Shown: one piece after another, positions 1 through 7,386 of the stretch | Layout of the letters: each line of letters starts with the position of its first letter | How positions within the stretch are numbered: the stretch's first letter is position 1 | Assembly (NCBI RefSeq): GCF_900103175.1 | Contig: NZ_FNLF01000002.1 | Coordinates: forward strand, 1,788,136-1,812,135 | From: Tsukamurella pulmonis | GTDB taxonomy: Bacteria; Actinomycetota; Actinomycetes; Mycobacteriales; Mycobacteriaceae | Reading direction: 5' to 3' | DNA: 24,000 nucleotides | The notes under the pieces: generated by a model | Told to the model about the DNA's origin: nothing | Databases searched by the model: none | The model's input: only the letters and a program-made list of their open reading frames with translations | Position numbers and translations under genes: made by a program

Positions 1-1
1 C

Positions 2-343
2 GGCCAGTTCCTGCTCTCCGCGGGAACGCCGGGCAAGCGGCGCGCACTCGCCCATGCCAGGGTGCTCATGCACCAGGGCTCCGCCGGGATCGGCGGCACC
101 GCCGTCGACATCGAGCTGCAGGCGGGCGATCTGCGGCACACCCGCGACACCGTCCTCGGCCTCATCGCCGAGGACACCGGCCAGCCCCTCGAGCGGATCT
201 TCGAGGACTCGCTGCACGACCGCTGGTACACGGCGCAGCAGGCCCGCGCGTACGGGTTCGTCGACGAGATCGTCGACTCCTTCGACACCATCGTCCCGGG
301 CCGTCGGCGCACCGGCTTCGACCTGGCGGGAGCGGGCCGATGA
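2..343 (+). CDS. clpP: ATP-dependent Clp protease proteolytic subunit ClpP, 5'-truncated by the window edge
   Basis: The frame is open from base 2. The translation GQFLLSAGTPGKRRALAHARVLMHQGSAG...YTAQQARAYGFVDEIV matches the C-terminal half of the ClpP (S14) family, including the triad His (MHQ) and the Asp-Arg motif (HDRWY). The stop overlaps the next start (ATGA at 340-343). The catalytic Ser region lies outside the window. Confidence 0.85.
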   Translation, partial: GQFLLSAGTPGKRRALAHARVLMHQGSAGIGGTAVDIELQAGDLRHTRDTVLGLIAEDTGQPLERIFEDSLHDRWYTAQQARAYGFVDEIVDSFDTIVPGRRRTGFDLAGAGR

Positions 344-924
344 GCACGTACACGATCCCCAACGTCATCGACCGCCGCCCGAACGGCGAGCGGATCACCG
401 ACGTCTACTCGCACCTGCTCTCCGAACGGGTCGTCTACCTCGGCACCGCGATCGACGCGGGTGTCGCGAACGCGATCGTCGCGCAGCTGCTCTTCCTCGC
501 CTCCGACGGCGACGGCGAGATCCAGCTCTACATCAACTGCGAGGGCGGCGATCCCAGTGCGGCACTGGCGATCTACGACACCATGCGGTACATCGGGCCC
601 GCCGTGGCCACGACCTGCGTGGGCCAGGCCGTCGCCGTGGGCGCGCTGCTCCTCGCCGGGGGCGCGCCGGGCCGTCGGATGGGGTTGCCGCACGCCCGGA
701 TGGTGCTGCATCAGCCCTCGGCGCAGGGACGCGGCACGATCCCGGACCTGATCCTGCAGGCCGACGAGGTGATCCGGGTGCGGGCGCAGATGGAGCGGGT
801 ACTGGCCCGGCACACCGGGCGCACCACGGAGGAGTTGCGGGCCGACACCGACCACGACCGGGTGCTCACCGCCGACGAGGCGGTCGGCTACGGGCTGATC
901 GACGAGGTCATCGAGAAGGCCTGA
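340..924 (+). CDS. clpP: ClpP-family subunit (194 aa), accessory paralogue with the catalytic Ser replaced by Ala
   Basis: Full-length ClpP-like sequence with these motifs: YSHLLSERVVYLG, IVAQLLFL, LAIYDTM, LPHARMVLHQP and DTDHDRVLTADEAVGYGLIDEV. The nucleophile motif G-x-A-A-S-x-G reads GQAVAVG, with Ala99 (codon GCC at 634-636) in the Ser position. His124 and Asp173 are retained. The gene is coupled by an ATGA overlap to the upstream clpP. Confidence 0.9.
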   Translation: MSTYTIPNVIDRRPNGERITDVYSHLLSERVVYLGTAIDAGVANAIVAQLLFLASDGDGEIQLYINCEGGDPSAALAIYDTMRYIGPAVATTCVGQAVAVGALLLAGGAPGRRMGLPHARMVLHQPSAQGRGTIPDLILQADEVIRVRAQMERVLARHTGRTTEELRADTDHDRVLTADEAVGYGLIDEVIEKA

Positions 925-934
925 CGGTCAGGCC
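918..934. terminator. Compact hairpin spanning two convergent stop codons (possible bidirectional terminator)
   Basis: GGCCTGA cgg TCAGGCC is a perfect 7-bp stem with a 3-nt loop. The left arm contains the clpP TGA (922-924) and the right arm contains the complement of the regulator's TGA (928-930). There is no U-tract on either side. Confidence 0.35.
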
Positions 935-1260
935 GCGAGCGCCAGGAGGCGGGGGCCGGGGGAGGTCGGACGGGCGCCGCGCGAAGCGGTGAAGTCCAGG
1001 CGCAGCACCGGGCGGGCGGCCTGCAGCCGGTGGCCCACCTCGACGGCGACGTCGCCGACGCCGGTGCCGAGTGCGCCGGCGATGGCGGCGAGCATCTCGC
1101 TGGACGGGTCCTTGAGGCCGCGCTCGATCTCGGAGAGGTACTGCGGCGAGATCCCGGCGCGCTCGGCGGTATCGCTCAGGCGCTCGCCGCGCGCGTGCCG
1201 CAGGCGGCGCAGGTGGGCGCCCAGTTCGTGCCGGAACAGGTCCTCGCCGCGCGTCGTCAT
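928..1260 (-). CDS. clgR: XRE-family HTH transcriptional regulator, ClgR/PopR-like (Clp gene regulator)
   Basis: The sequence LSDTAERAGISPQYLSEIERGLKDPSSEMLAAIAGALG closely resembles the ClgR HTH core (YLSEIERGRKEPSSELL in M. tuberculosis ClgR, from memory). The protein is about 110 aa and ends in ...RLLALAA. It lies convergent with, and 3 bp from, a clpP pair. The start is ATG at 1260; an in-frame GTG at 1269 is an alternative. Confidence 0.8.
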   Translation of the reverse strand: MTTRGEDLFRHELGAHLRRLRHARGERLSDTAERAGISPQYLSEIERGLKDPSSEMLAAIAGALGTGVGDVAVEVGHRLQAARPVLRLDFTASRGARPTSPGPRLLALAA

Positions 1261-1304
1261 GCGGTCCACGCTACGACGGTGCGCGGCGGTCCGGCGGCCC
1301 GCTC

Positions 1305-1320
1305 CGCTCTCAGCAGAGCG
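1305..1320. promoter_or_regulatory. Perfect palindrome CGCTCT-CAGC-AGAGCG between the GH3 stop and the clgR-like start
   Basis: 6-bp arms with a 4-nt spacer, inside the 73-bp gap (1261-1333). It could be a terminator stem for the upstream GH3 gene or an operator for the regulator. There is no U-tract. Confidence 0.25.
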
Positions 1321-1333
1321 CCACCGCGGGCGG

Positions 1334-3550
1334 TCACTGCGCGGCGATCACCGTCTCCAGCTGCGCACGCGCCTCGTCGCCGGCGGGACCGGGGAGCATG
1401 TCCAGTGCCTTGCCCAGCGGCATCGATCCGGCTAGTTCGAGCAGCTGATCGACCGGTATGCCGCCCACCGATCCGGCCAGCGCCGCCCGGAATCCCTCGC
1501 CCGCCACCGGATGCGCGGCCCATTCGGCGAGCGTGGATTCCAGATCGAGGCGCTGCACGATCGCATCGCCGTCCAGATCGACGTCGGCACCGTCGTCGAT
1601 GCTCGCGCTGCTCGACCCGGCCTCGATCCGGTGCGCGCCGGGCACCACGGTCCAGTCGCCGCGCCGGACGTCCCAGTACGCGAAGGCGCGGCGCGGCAGC
1701 TCGAAGGTCACCGTGGTCGTGGCGCCGGGGTCCAGGGCGATCTTGCGGAACGCGATCAGCGACCGTCGCGGGCGGACGACCTCGCCCGGGCCGCCCGCGA
1801 GGTAGAGCTGCACCACGTGGCTCCCGGCCCGGTCCCCGGTGTTGGTGACGAGGACCGTCGCGGTCGCGGTGTCCGGGCCGGTGGACCGTATCGCGAGATC
1901 ACCGATCTCGAAGCTGGTGTAGCCGAGGCCGTGCCCGAACGGGTACCGCGGCGCGATCCGCCGCGTGGTGTACCAGCGGTAGCCCACGAGCAGGCCCTCG
2001 CCGTAGCGCACGGTACCCAGTTCGCCCGGGAAGTTGCCGAAGGCCGGCGTCTCCTCGAGTCGGTGCGGGATCGTCTCGGCGAGCCGGCCGGACGGCTCGG
2101 TGAGCCCGAACAGCAGATCGGCCAGTGCCGCCCCGCCGCCCTGGCCGAGGAGGAAGGCCTCGAGGATCGCATCCACCTCGTCGTGCCAGGGCTCGAGCTC
2201 GACCACGCCGCCGCCGACCAGCACGACGACGGTCCGCGGCGCCGCTGCGGCGACCGCTCGCACCAGCGCGACCTGCTGCGGGGCGATCGCGAGGTCGCGA
2301 CGGTCGAAGCCCTCGGACTCCTCGGACTCGGTGAGGCCGGCGAAGACCACGGCCACGTCCGCGCGCCCGGCGGCGGCGACCGCCTCGGCGCGCAGCGCGT
2401 CGGCGTCGACCTCGGCGTCGAGTCCGTAGCCCGCGGCGAACTCCACCGCGGCGCCGGCGTCCGCGGCCCGGGCGGTGAGCTCGTCGAGGGGCACGTCCAC
2501 CCGGGTGGCGTTGATGTGGCTGGAGCCCCCGCCCTGGTACCGCGGGGTCCGGGCGAGCTCGCCGATCACTGCCACCGAACCGGAACCCAGAGGGAGGGCG
2601 GCATTCTCGTTGCGCAGCAGCACGGCGCACTCGGCCGCGGCCTCCCGCGCCAGCGCGTGGTGCGCATCGAGGTCCGGCGCCGGCTCGTCGTGCGACGGTG
2701 CCCACCGCGTCAGGTCGATCACGCGCTGCGCCGCCCGGGTCACGACAGTCTCGTCGAGCTCGCCCGCCTGCACCGCCGCGATCACCTTCGCGGCGCTGTG
2801 CGGGCCGTGCGGCATCTCGAGGTCGAGGCCGGCGCGGACCGCGGCGATCCGGTCGTGCACGGCGCCCCAGTCGGAGACGACGAGCCCGTCGTAGCCCCAG
2901 TCCTCGCGCAGCACGGAGGTGAGCAGCCAGTGGTTCTCGGAGGCGTGCACACCGTCGATCCGGTTGTACGAGCACATCACCGTGGCGGGGGAGGCCTCGC
3001 GGACGATCCGCTCGAACGCGGGCAGGTAGATCTCGCGGACGGTGCGCGGGTCCGCGTCGACGCTGACCCGCATGCGCTCGGTCTCCTGATTGTTGAGCGC
3101 GAAGTGCTTCACGGACGCGCCCGCGCCGCCGTCCTGCAGTCCCTGCACCTGTGCGGCGCCGAGCGCGCCGGCCAGCAGCGGGTCCTCGGAGTAGTACTCG
3201 AAGTTGCGGCCGCACAGCGGATGCCGCTTGATGTTGACGCCGGGACCGAGGACGACGGCCACGCCGAGCGCGCGGGCCTCGGCCGCCACTGCCGCGCCGA
3301 TGCGGCGCGCGAGATCCGGGTTCCAGCTCGACCCGACGGCGACCGCGGGCGGGAAGCACGTCGCGGGTGCGGCCGCGTTCAGCCCGAGGTGGTCGGAGCC
3401 GCCCGTCTGGCGCCGGACGCCGTGCGGGCCGTCGGTCAGCACGATCGACGGCACCCCGGGCGCCTGCGCGGTGGTCCAGAAGTCGGCCCCCGTGAGGAGG
3501 CGGGCCCGGTCCTCGAGGCTCAGGTCGGCGGCGGAGACAGTGGGGCTCAC
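1334..3550 (-). CDS. Glycoside hydrolase family 3 beta-glucosidase (BglX-like), 738 aa
   Basis: GH3 motifs are present: LTDGPHGVR, NIKRHPLCGRNFEYYSEDP, VKHFALNNQE, and the nucleophile region GLVVSDWGAV, followed by the alpha/beta sandwich and FnIII-like C-terminal parts. The start was chosen at GTG 3550-3548, preceded by AGGAAA 4 nt upstream. The longer track ORF (to 3859) would overlap the sirtuin gene by about 300 bp. Confidence 0.9.
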   Translation of the reverse strand: MSPTVSAADLSLEDRARLLTGADFWTTAQAPGVPSIVLTDGPHGVRRQTGGSDHLGLNAAAPATCFPPAVAVGSSWNPDLARRIGAAVAAEARALGVAVVLGPGVNIKRHPLCGRNFEYYSEDPLLAGALGAAQVQGLQDGGAGASVKHFALNNQETERMRVSVDADPRTVREIYLPAFERIVREASPATVMCSYNRIDGVHASENHWLLTSVLREDWGYDGLVVSDWGAVHDRIAAVRAGLDLEMPHGPHSAAKVIAAVQAGELDETVVTRAAQRVIDLTRWAPSHDEPAPDLDAHHALAREAAAECAVLLRNENAALPLGSGSVAVIGELARTPRYQGGGSSHINATRVDVPLDELTARAADAGAAVEFAAGYGLDAEVDADALRAEAVAAAGRADVAVVFAGLTESEESEGFDRRDLAIAPQQVALVRAVAAAAPRTVVVLVGGGVVELEPWHDEVDAILEAFLLGQGGGAALADLLFGLTEPSGRLAETIPHRLEETPAFGNFPGELGTVRYGEGLLVGYRWYTTRRIAPRYPFGHGLGYTSFEIGDLAIRSTGPDTATATVLVTNTGDRAGSHVVQLYLAGGPGEVVRPRRSLIAFRKIALDPGATTTVTFELPRRAFAYWDVRRGDWTVVPGAHRIEAGSSSASIDDGADVDLDGDAIVQRLDLESTLAEWAAHPVAGEGFRAALAGSVGGIPVDQLLELAGSMPLGKALDMLPGPAGDEARAQLETVIAAQ

Positions 3551-4446
3551 GGCGTTTCCTCTCGGTCGGTGCTCGATGGTCGGTCGTCGGCCAGGTGGCG
3601 CAGTGCGGTCGCCACATCGACGTCGACGGTGACGTCCGCCAGTCCGTCGCCGCGGGTGCGGCCGCGGTTGACGATGACGACCGGCGTGCCGCGCCGGTGC
3701 GCGTGACGGACGAAGCGCAGTCCGGACATCACCGTCAGGGAGGTGCCGAGCACCAGGAGGGCGTCGGCACCGTCGACGGCGGCGAAGGCGCGCGCGACGC
3801 GCGGCTTGGGCACCGATTCGCCGAAGTAGACGATGTCGGGCTTGAGGATGCCCTGGCACTCGGGGCAGTCGACCATGGTGAAGTCGGTGGTGTCCTCGAC
3901 CACGACGTCGGCGTCCGGGGCCACCTCGAGCGCGCCGCGCCCGGCGATGCGCGCCGTGAAGTCCGCGTTGAGCGGCGCGAGCCGGGCGTGCAGCGCGTGC
4001 CGGCTGATGCGGTACTCGCAGCTCAAGCAGCGCACCTGCGCGTAGTTGCCGTGCAGGTCGATCACGCCGCGCGAGCCGGCCTTGAGGTGCAGCAGATCGA
4101 CGTTCTGGGTGATCACCGCGCTCACGCCGGGCAGGGCGGCGAGGCCGCGGTGTGCGGCGTTCGGGAGGGCCGAGTCCATGTGCCGCCAGCCGAGGTGGTT
4201 GCGCGCCCAGTAGCGCCGCCGGAACTCGGCGGAGCCCAGGAACTGCTGCAGCGTCATCGGTGTTCGACGGGGCGCCCCCGGGCTGCGGTAGTCGGGGATG
4301 CCGGACGCGGTGGAGACGCCCGCACCGGTGAGCGCGACGATGCGGCGGCCGTGCAGCAGCGCGCGGGCCCGGTCCAGCCGATCGACGAAATCCGGATCGG
4401 GCGTGGTGGCCTCCGCGGGTTCCCAGGCAGGCGTCGCAGTGCGCAC
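3547..4446 (-). CDS. NAD-dependent protein deacylase, Sir2 family (class II / SIRT4-like), 299 aa
   Basis: Motifs present: GAGVSTASGIPDYRSPG, ITQNVDLLH, catalytic His in IDLHGN, and the Zn ribbon CLSC...CPEC. The start is GTG at 4446. The TGA stop overlaps the GH3 GTG start (GTGA at 3547-3550). Confidence 0.9.
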   Translation of the reverse strand: MRTATPAWEPAEATTPDPDFVDRLDRARALLHGRRIVALTGAGVSTASGIPDYRSPGAPRRTPMTLQQFLGSAEFRRRYWARNHLGWRHMDSALPNAAHRGLAALPGVSAVITQNVDLLHLKAGSRGVIDLHGNYAQVRCLSCEYRISRHALHARLAPLNADFTARIAGRGALEVAPDADVVVEDTTDFTMVDCPECQGILKPDIVYFGESVPKPRVARAFAAVDGADALLVLGTSLTVMSGLRFVRHAHRRGTPVVIVNRGRTRGDGLADVTVDVDVATALRHLADDRPSSTDREETP

Positions 4447-4487
4447 GCGTCCAGGCTACTCGTCGGCGGGTGGCGGGCGCCGCGCTC

Positions 4488-4736
4488 TCAGCGCTGGTCG
4501 TCGACCCACGAGTGGCTCGGCGACTGGCCGCGATCGACGACCCAGCGGTACTCGCTGCACAGGATCCGGGTGCCGTTCGCGGTCACTGCGCGCTCGCCGA
4601 TGTCCGCGCCGACGCAGGTGTCGCCGAGCTGCGGCCCGGCGGCCTGCGCGGCGGCGCCGCCGACGGTGGCGGACCCGCCCGCGAGGGCGAGACCGAGCAG
4701 GGCGGTGGCGGCGAAGCGGCGCGGGGTGTGGTGCAT
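4488..4736 (-). CDS. Small secreted protein of unknown function (82 aa, Sec signal peptide, two Cys)
   Basis: An internal ATG at 4736 is preceded by GGAGGAG. The N-terminus MHHTPRRFAATALLGLALAGGSATVGGAAAQA-AGP looks like a signal peptide with an AxA cleavage site. The mature part is about 50 aa with 2 Cys. The upstream 41 codons of the track ORF have no support. Confidence 0.5.
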   Translation of the reverse strand: MHHTPRRFAATALLGLALAGGSATVGGAAAQAAGPQLGDTCVGADIGERAVTANGTRILCSEYRWVVDRGQSPSHSWVDDQR

Positions 4737-4833
4737 GCGGATCTCCTCCGAGCGGTGCGCCCCGTGGTTCGGTGCGCGGTCGGGATCGAGTGTCCGCGCC
4801 GCGGACTGGCGGCCGCTTGGCGCGGGCTTGGGA

Positions 4834-5877
4834 CTACAGGCGGCCGGCGCGGGGCGCACCGTCGTGCGAGGCCGCGAACGGGTCCACCTCCGGGGCCTTG
4901 TTCCGGCGCAGCCACAGGGCGAGCGCCACCAGCGGCACGAGCAGGCCGCCGAGGCCGAGGAAGAAGAACTGCCACGCGCCGCCGATGTGATCGACGAGCC
5001 AGCCGAAGTTCTGGCCGAAGAAGCCGGTGACGAACGTGAGCGGGAGGAAGATGGTGGACAGGATGGTCAGCCGCTCGATGGTCGAGCTCTGCCGGGCGGC
5101 CGAGTGCGCCTGCTGCACGGAGACGACGGCGATGTTCGCCTGCAGGATCGTGCCCAGCAGGTCGCGCTGCGCCGAGACCTCCTCGTTGACCAGTTGCAGC
5201 CGGTCGTAGACGTCGCGCAGGTAGGGCGCGAGCTTGTCCTCGGTGAGCCCCTTGCCCACCGCGTTGACCACGGCGAGCAGCGGATGCGCCGCCCGGTAGA
5301 AGTTCGTCACCTCGCGGCGCAGGAGGTAGATGCGTTCCGTGGGGGCGACGGCGCCGGAGAAGACGGTGGCCTCGATCTGCTCGATGTCGTGCTCGAGTCC
5401 GGCGACCACGGGCTCGTAGCCGTCGACGACCTGGTCGAGGATCGCCCAGAGCACGGCGTCGGTGCCCAGCGCCAACAGCTCGGGCTTCTGCTCGAGCCGC
5501 GCGCGGGCCTCATGCAGCTCGCTCGCGACGCCCTGCCGCACCGTGATCACGAAGTTCCGCCCGACGAAGATGCTGATCTCGCCGAAGTCGACCTCCTCGC
5601 GGGCGTCGTCGTAGCGCGCCGTGCGCAGGATGACGAGCTTCACCGAGGCCTCGAAGTCCTCGACCTTGGGCCGCAGGTGATAGTCCTGCGCATCCTCGAC
5701 CGCAAGTTCGTGCAGGTCGAAGGCCTGCCGCACCGACTCCATCTCGTCGGGCGTGGGCTCGAAGAGCCCGAGCCAGACGAAGCCGTCCTCCGTGCACAGA
5801 CGTGCGGCATCGAGCGGGGAGAGCGCCTCCTCGGCCTGCCGGGCGCCGCCCAGGTAGTGGGCGCAATCGACGATCAC
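4834..5877 (-). CDS. corA: CorA/ZntB-family divalent metal ion channel, 347 aa
   Basis: A cytoplasmic N-terminal domain is followed by two C-terminal TM helices. The family loop motif is LPLTFVTGFFGQNFGW, so the GxN signature is GQN (5008-5016) rather than the canonical GMN. Confidence 0.8.
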   Translation of the reverse strand: MIVDCAHYLGGARQAEEALSPLDAARLCTEDGFVWLGLFEPTPDEMESVRQAFDLHELAVEDAQDYHLRPKVEDFEASVKLVILRTARYDDAREEVDFGEISIFVGRNFVITVRQGVASELHEARARLEQKPELLALGTDAVLWAILDQVVDGYEPVVAGLEHDIEQIEATVFSGAVAPTERIYLLRREVTNFYRAAHPLLAVVNAVGKGLTEDKLAPYLRDVYDRLQLVNEEVSAQRDLLGTILQANIAVVSVQQAHSAARQSSTIERLTILSTIFLPLTFVTGFFGQNFGWLVDHIGGAWQFFFLGLGGLLVPLVALALWLRRNKAPEVDPFAASHDGAPRAGRL

Positions 5878-5989
5878 TCCCGTGATTCAACCCCACGACG
5901 GGCGCCCGTGTGCGGGATCGCAGCGCCTCGTCGTCAGGTGGTCACCGCCCGGAAACCACTGTATTCGTTCACCGAAGTATATTTCTGCG

Positions 5990-7360
5990 ATGACCTCCGA
6001 GACCACGCAGGCACCGTCGATCGCGGCGCGCCTGGACCGGCTGCCCATGACGCGGCTGCACTTCGCCGCGGTGGGCGTGATCGGGCTGGGGCTGTTCTTC
6101 GACCAGTACGAGAACTTCCTCGCGGCGACCATCGCGACAGTGCTGAAGAAGGACTTCGCGCTCGGCCCCGACGAGCTCAAGCTGCTGCTCGCGTCCGCGT
6201 TCATCGGCCAGTTCATCGGCGCGCTGTTCATGGGCCGCCTCGCGGACCGGTACGGCCGGCGCACCGCCTTCATGATCAACCTCGCGCTGTACTCGGCGAT
6301 GTCGCTCGTCGGCGCGTTCAGCCCGAACGCCGCCTTCCTGGTGGTCACCCGGTTCATCGCCGGGATCGGCATCGGCGGCGAGTTCGCCCTGGCCGACTCG
6401 TACCTCTCGGACATCCTGCCGAAGAACGTGCGCGGCAAGTACATCTCACTGGCGTACGTGGTCTCCTTCCTCGGCGTTCCGGTCGTCGGTTTCGCCGCGC
6501 GCTGGCTCACCCCACAGGTGTTCGATCTCGGCGGGGCCGAGGTGCAGGGGTGGCGGCTGCTGTTCGTCTTCGGCGCCCTCGGTTCGCTCCTCGTGTGGCT
6601 GGTCCGACGGGGCCTGCCGGAGTCGCCGCGCTGGCTGGAGGCGCAGGGCCGGTACGACGAGGCTGACGCGATCGTGCGGCGTCTGGAGGCGCGGGCGGTG
6701 CAGGAGGGGAAGGTGCTCGCCGAACCCGATGCCGCGCTGCGCCCGGTGCGGTCCCGGTCGATCTCGATCCGCGCCCTGTTCCGGCCGCCCTACCGCCGGC
6801 GCACCGTCATGCTGTGGATCGTCTCCGCGCTGGAGGTGTTCGGCTACTACGGGTTCGGCACCATCGCGCCGCTTGTCCTCCTGGCCAAGGGCTATTCGAT
6901 CCAGACCTCGCTGTTGTTCGTGGCGCTGTCCTACATCGGCTACCCGCTGGGCGCGGCGCTCGCCGTGCCGATCGTCGAGCGGGTCGAGCGGCGGTACCTG
7001 GTGATCGGCTCGGCGGGCCTGATGGCCGCGTTCGGCCTGTGGTTCGGCTTCGCGGCGAGCCCGATGCAGATCGTGCTCGCCGGCTTCCTCTACACGTTGG
7101 CCTCCAACCTGTTCTCCAACGCCTACCACGTCTACCTCGCCGATTCGTACCCCACGGCGATCCGCGGGACGGCCGCGGGCGCCGCGTACTCGCTCTCGAA
7201 GCTGGTGACCGCGTTCCTTCCGTTCGTTCTGCTCCCGATTCTCGACGAGCGTGGCAGCGTGTGGGTGTTCGCGGTGGTGGCGGCGGCGATGCTCGCGCTG
7301 ATGGTCACGGTGGCCGTCCTCGGCCACCGGAGCACGGGGCGCTCCGCCGATGAGGTCTAG
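5990..7360 (+). CDS. MFS transporter (sugar-porter / NiaP-like), 456 aa
   Basis: Motifs present: MFS motif A GRLADRYGRR, the sugar-porter loop motif LPESPRWLE, and YPTAIRGTAAG near the C-terminus, with about 12 hydrophobic segments. The start was chosen at ATG 5990 (MTSETTQ...). The 36 upstream codons in the track ORF are not transporter-like. Confidence 0.85.
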   Translation: MTSETTQAPSIAARLDRLPMTRLHFAAVGVIGLGLFFDQYENFLAATIATVLKKDFALGPDELKLLLASAFIGQFIGALFMGRLADRYGRRTAFMINLALYSAMSLVGAFSPNAAFLVVTRFIAGIGIGGEFALADSYLSDILPKNVRGKYISLAYVVSFLGVPVVGFAARWLTPQVFDLGGAEVQGWRLLFVFGALGSLLVWLVRRGLPESPRWLEAQGRYDEADAIVRRLEARAVQEGKVLAEPDAALRPVRSRSISIRALFRPPYRRRTVMLWIVSALEVFGYYGFGTIAPLVLLAKGYSIQTSLLFVALSYIGYPLGAALAVPIVERVERRYLVIGSAGLMAAFGLWFGFAASPMQIVLAGFLYTLASNLFSNAYHVYLADSYPTAIRGTAAGAAYSLSKLVTAFLPFVLLPILDERGSVWVFAVVAAAMLALMVTVAVLGHRSTGRSADEV

Positions 7361-7386
7361 GCCGAGCTCCGGTCGGAAGGGCGATC

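Noticed and set aside
3551-3859. N-terminal extension of the GH3 ORF (841 aa in the track)
   Set aside because: The extension is Arg/Pro-rich nonsense and overlaps the sirtuin coding region in another frame. A GTG with an AGGAAA RBS at 3550 gives a normal GH3 N-terminus (VSPTVSAADLSLEDRARLLTGADFW).
3547-4446. The SIR2-domain gene as an anti-phage NADase (Thoeris ThsA, DSR or SIR2-HerA type)
   Set aside because: It has the complete canonical sirtuin architecture: GAGxS, QNxD, catalytic His and a four-Cys Zn ribbon. It is about 300 aa with no extra sensor or effector domain and no defence-type partner gene. It is best read as a housekeeping class-II sirtuin.
5878-5989. Possible Mg2+-sensing leader (M-box) or operator in the corA/MFS divergent intergenic region (contains the CGGGCGCCCG palindrome)
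   Set aside because: The region is too short (112 bp) for an M-box. I could not recognise any of its conserved helices, and the palindrome alone is weak evidence.
3595-6666. 1023-aa plus-strand ORF, the longest in the track
   Set aside because: It runs antisense or out of frame across four well-supported genes: the sirtuin, the small secreted protein, corA and the MFS transporter. Its translation is low-complexity and rich in R, G, A and D, with no recognisable domain. This is a typical stop-codon-poor artefact of very high GC.
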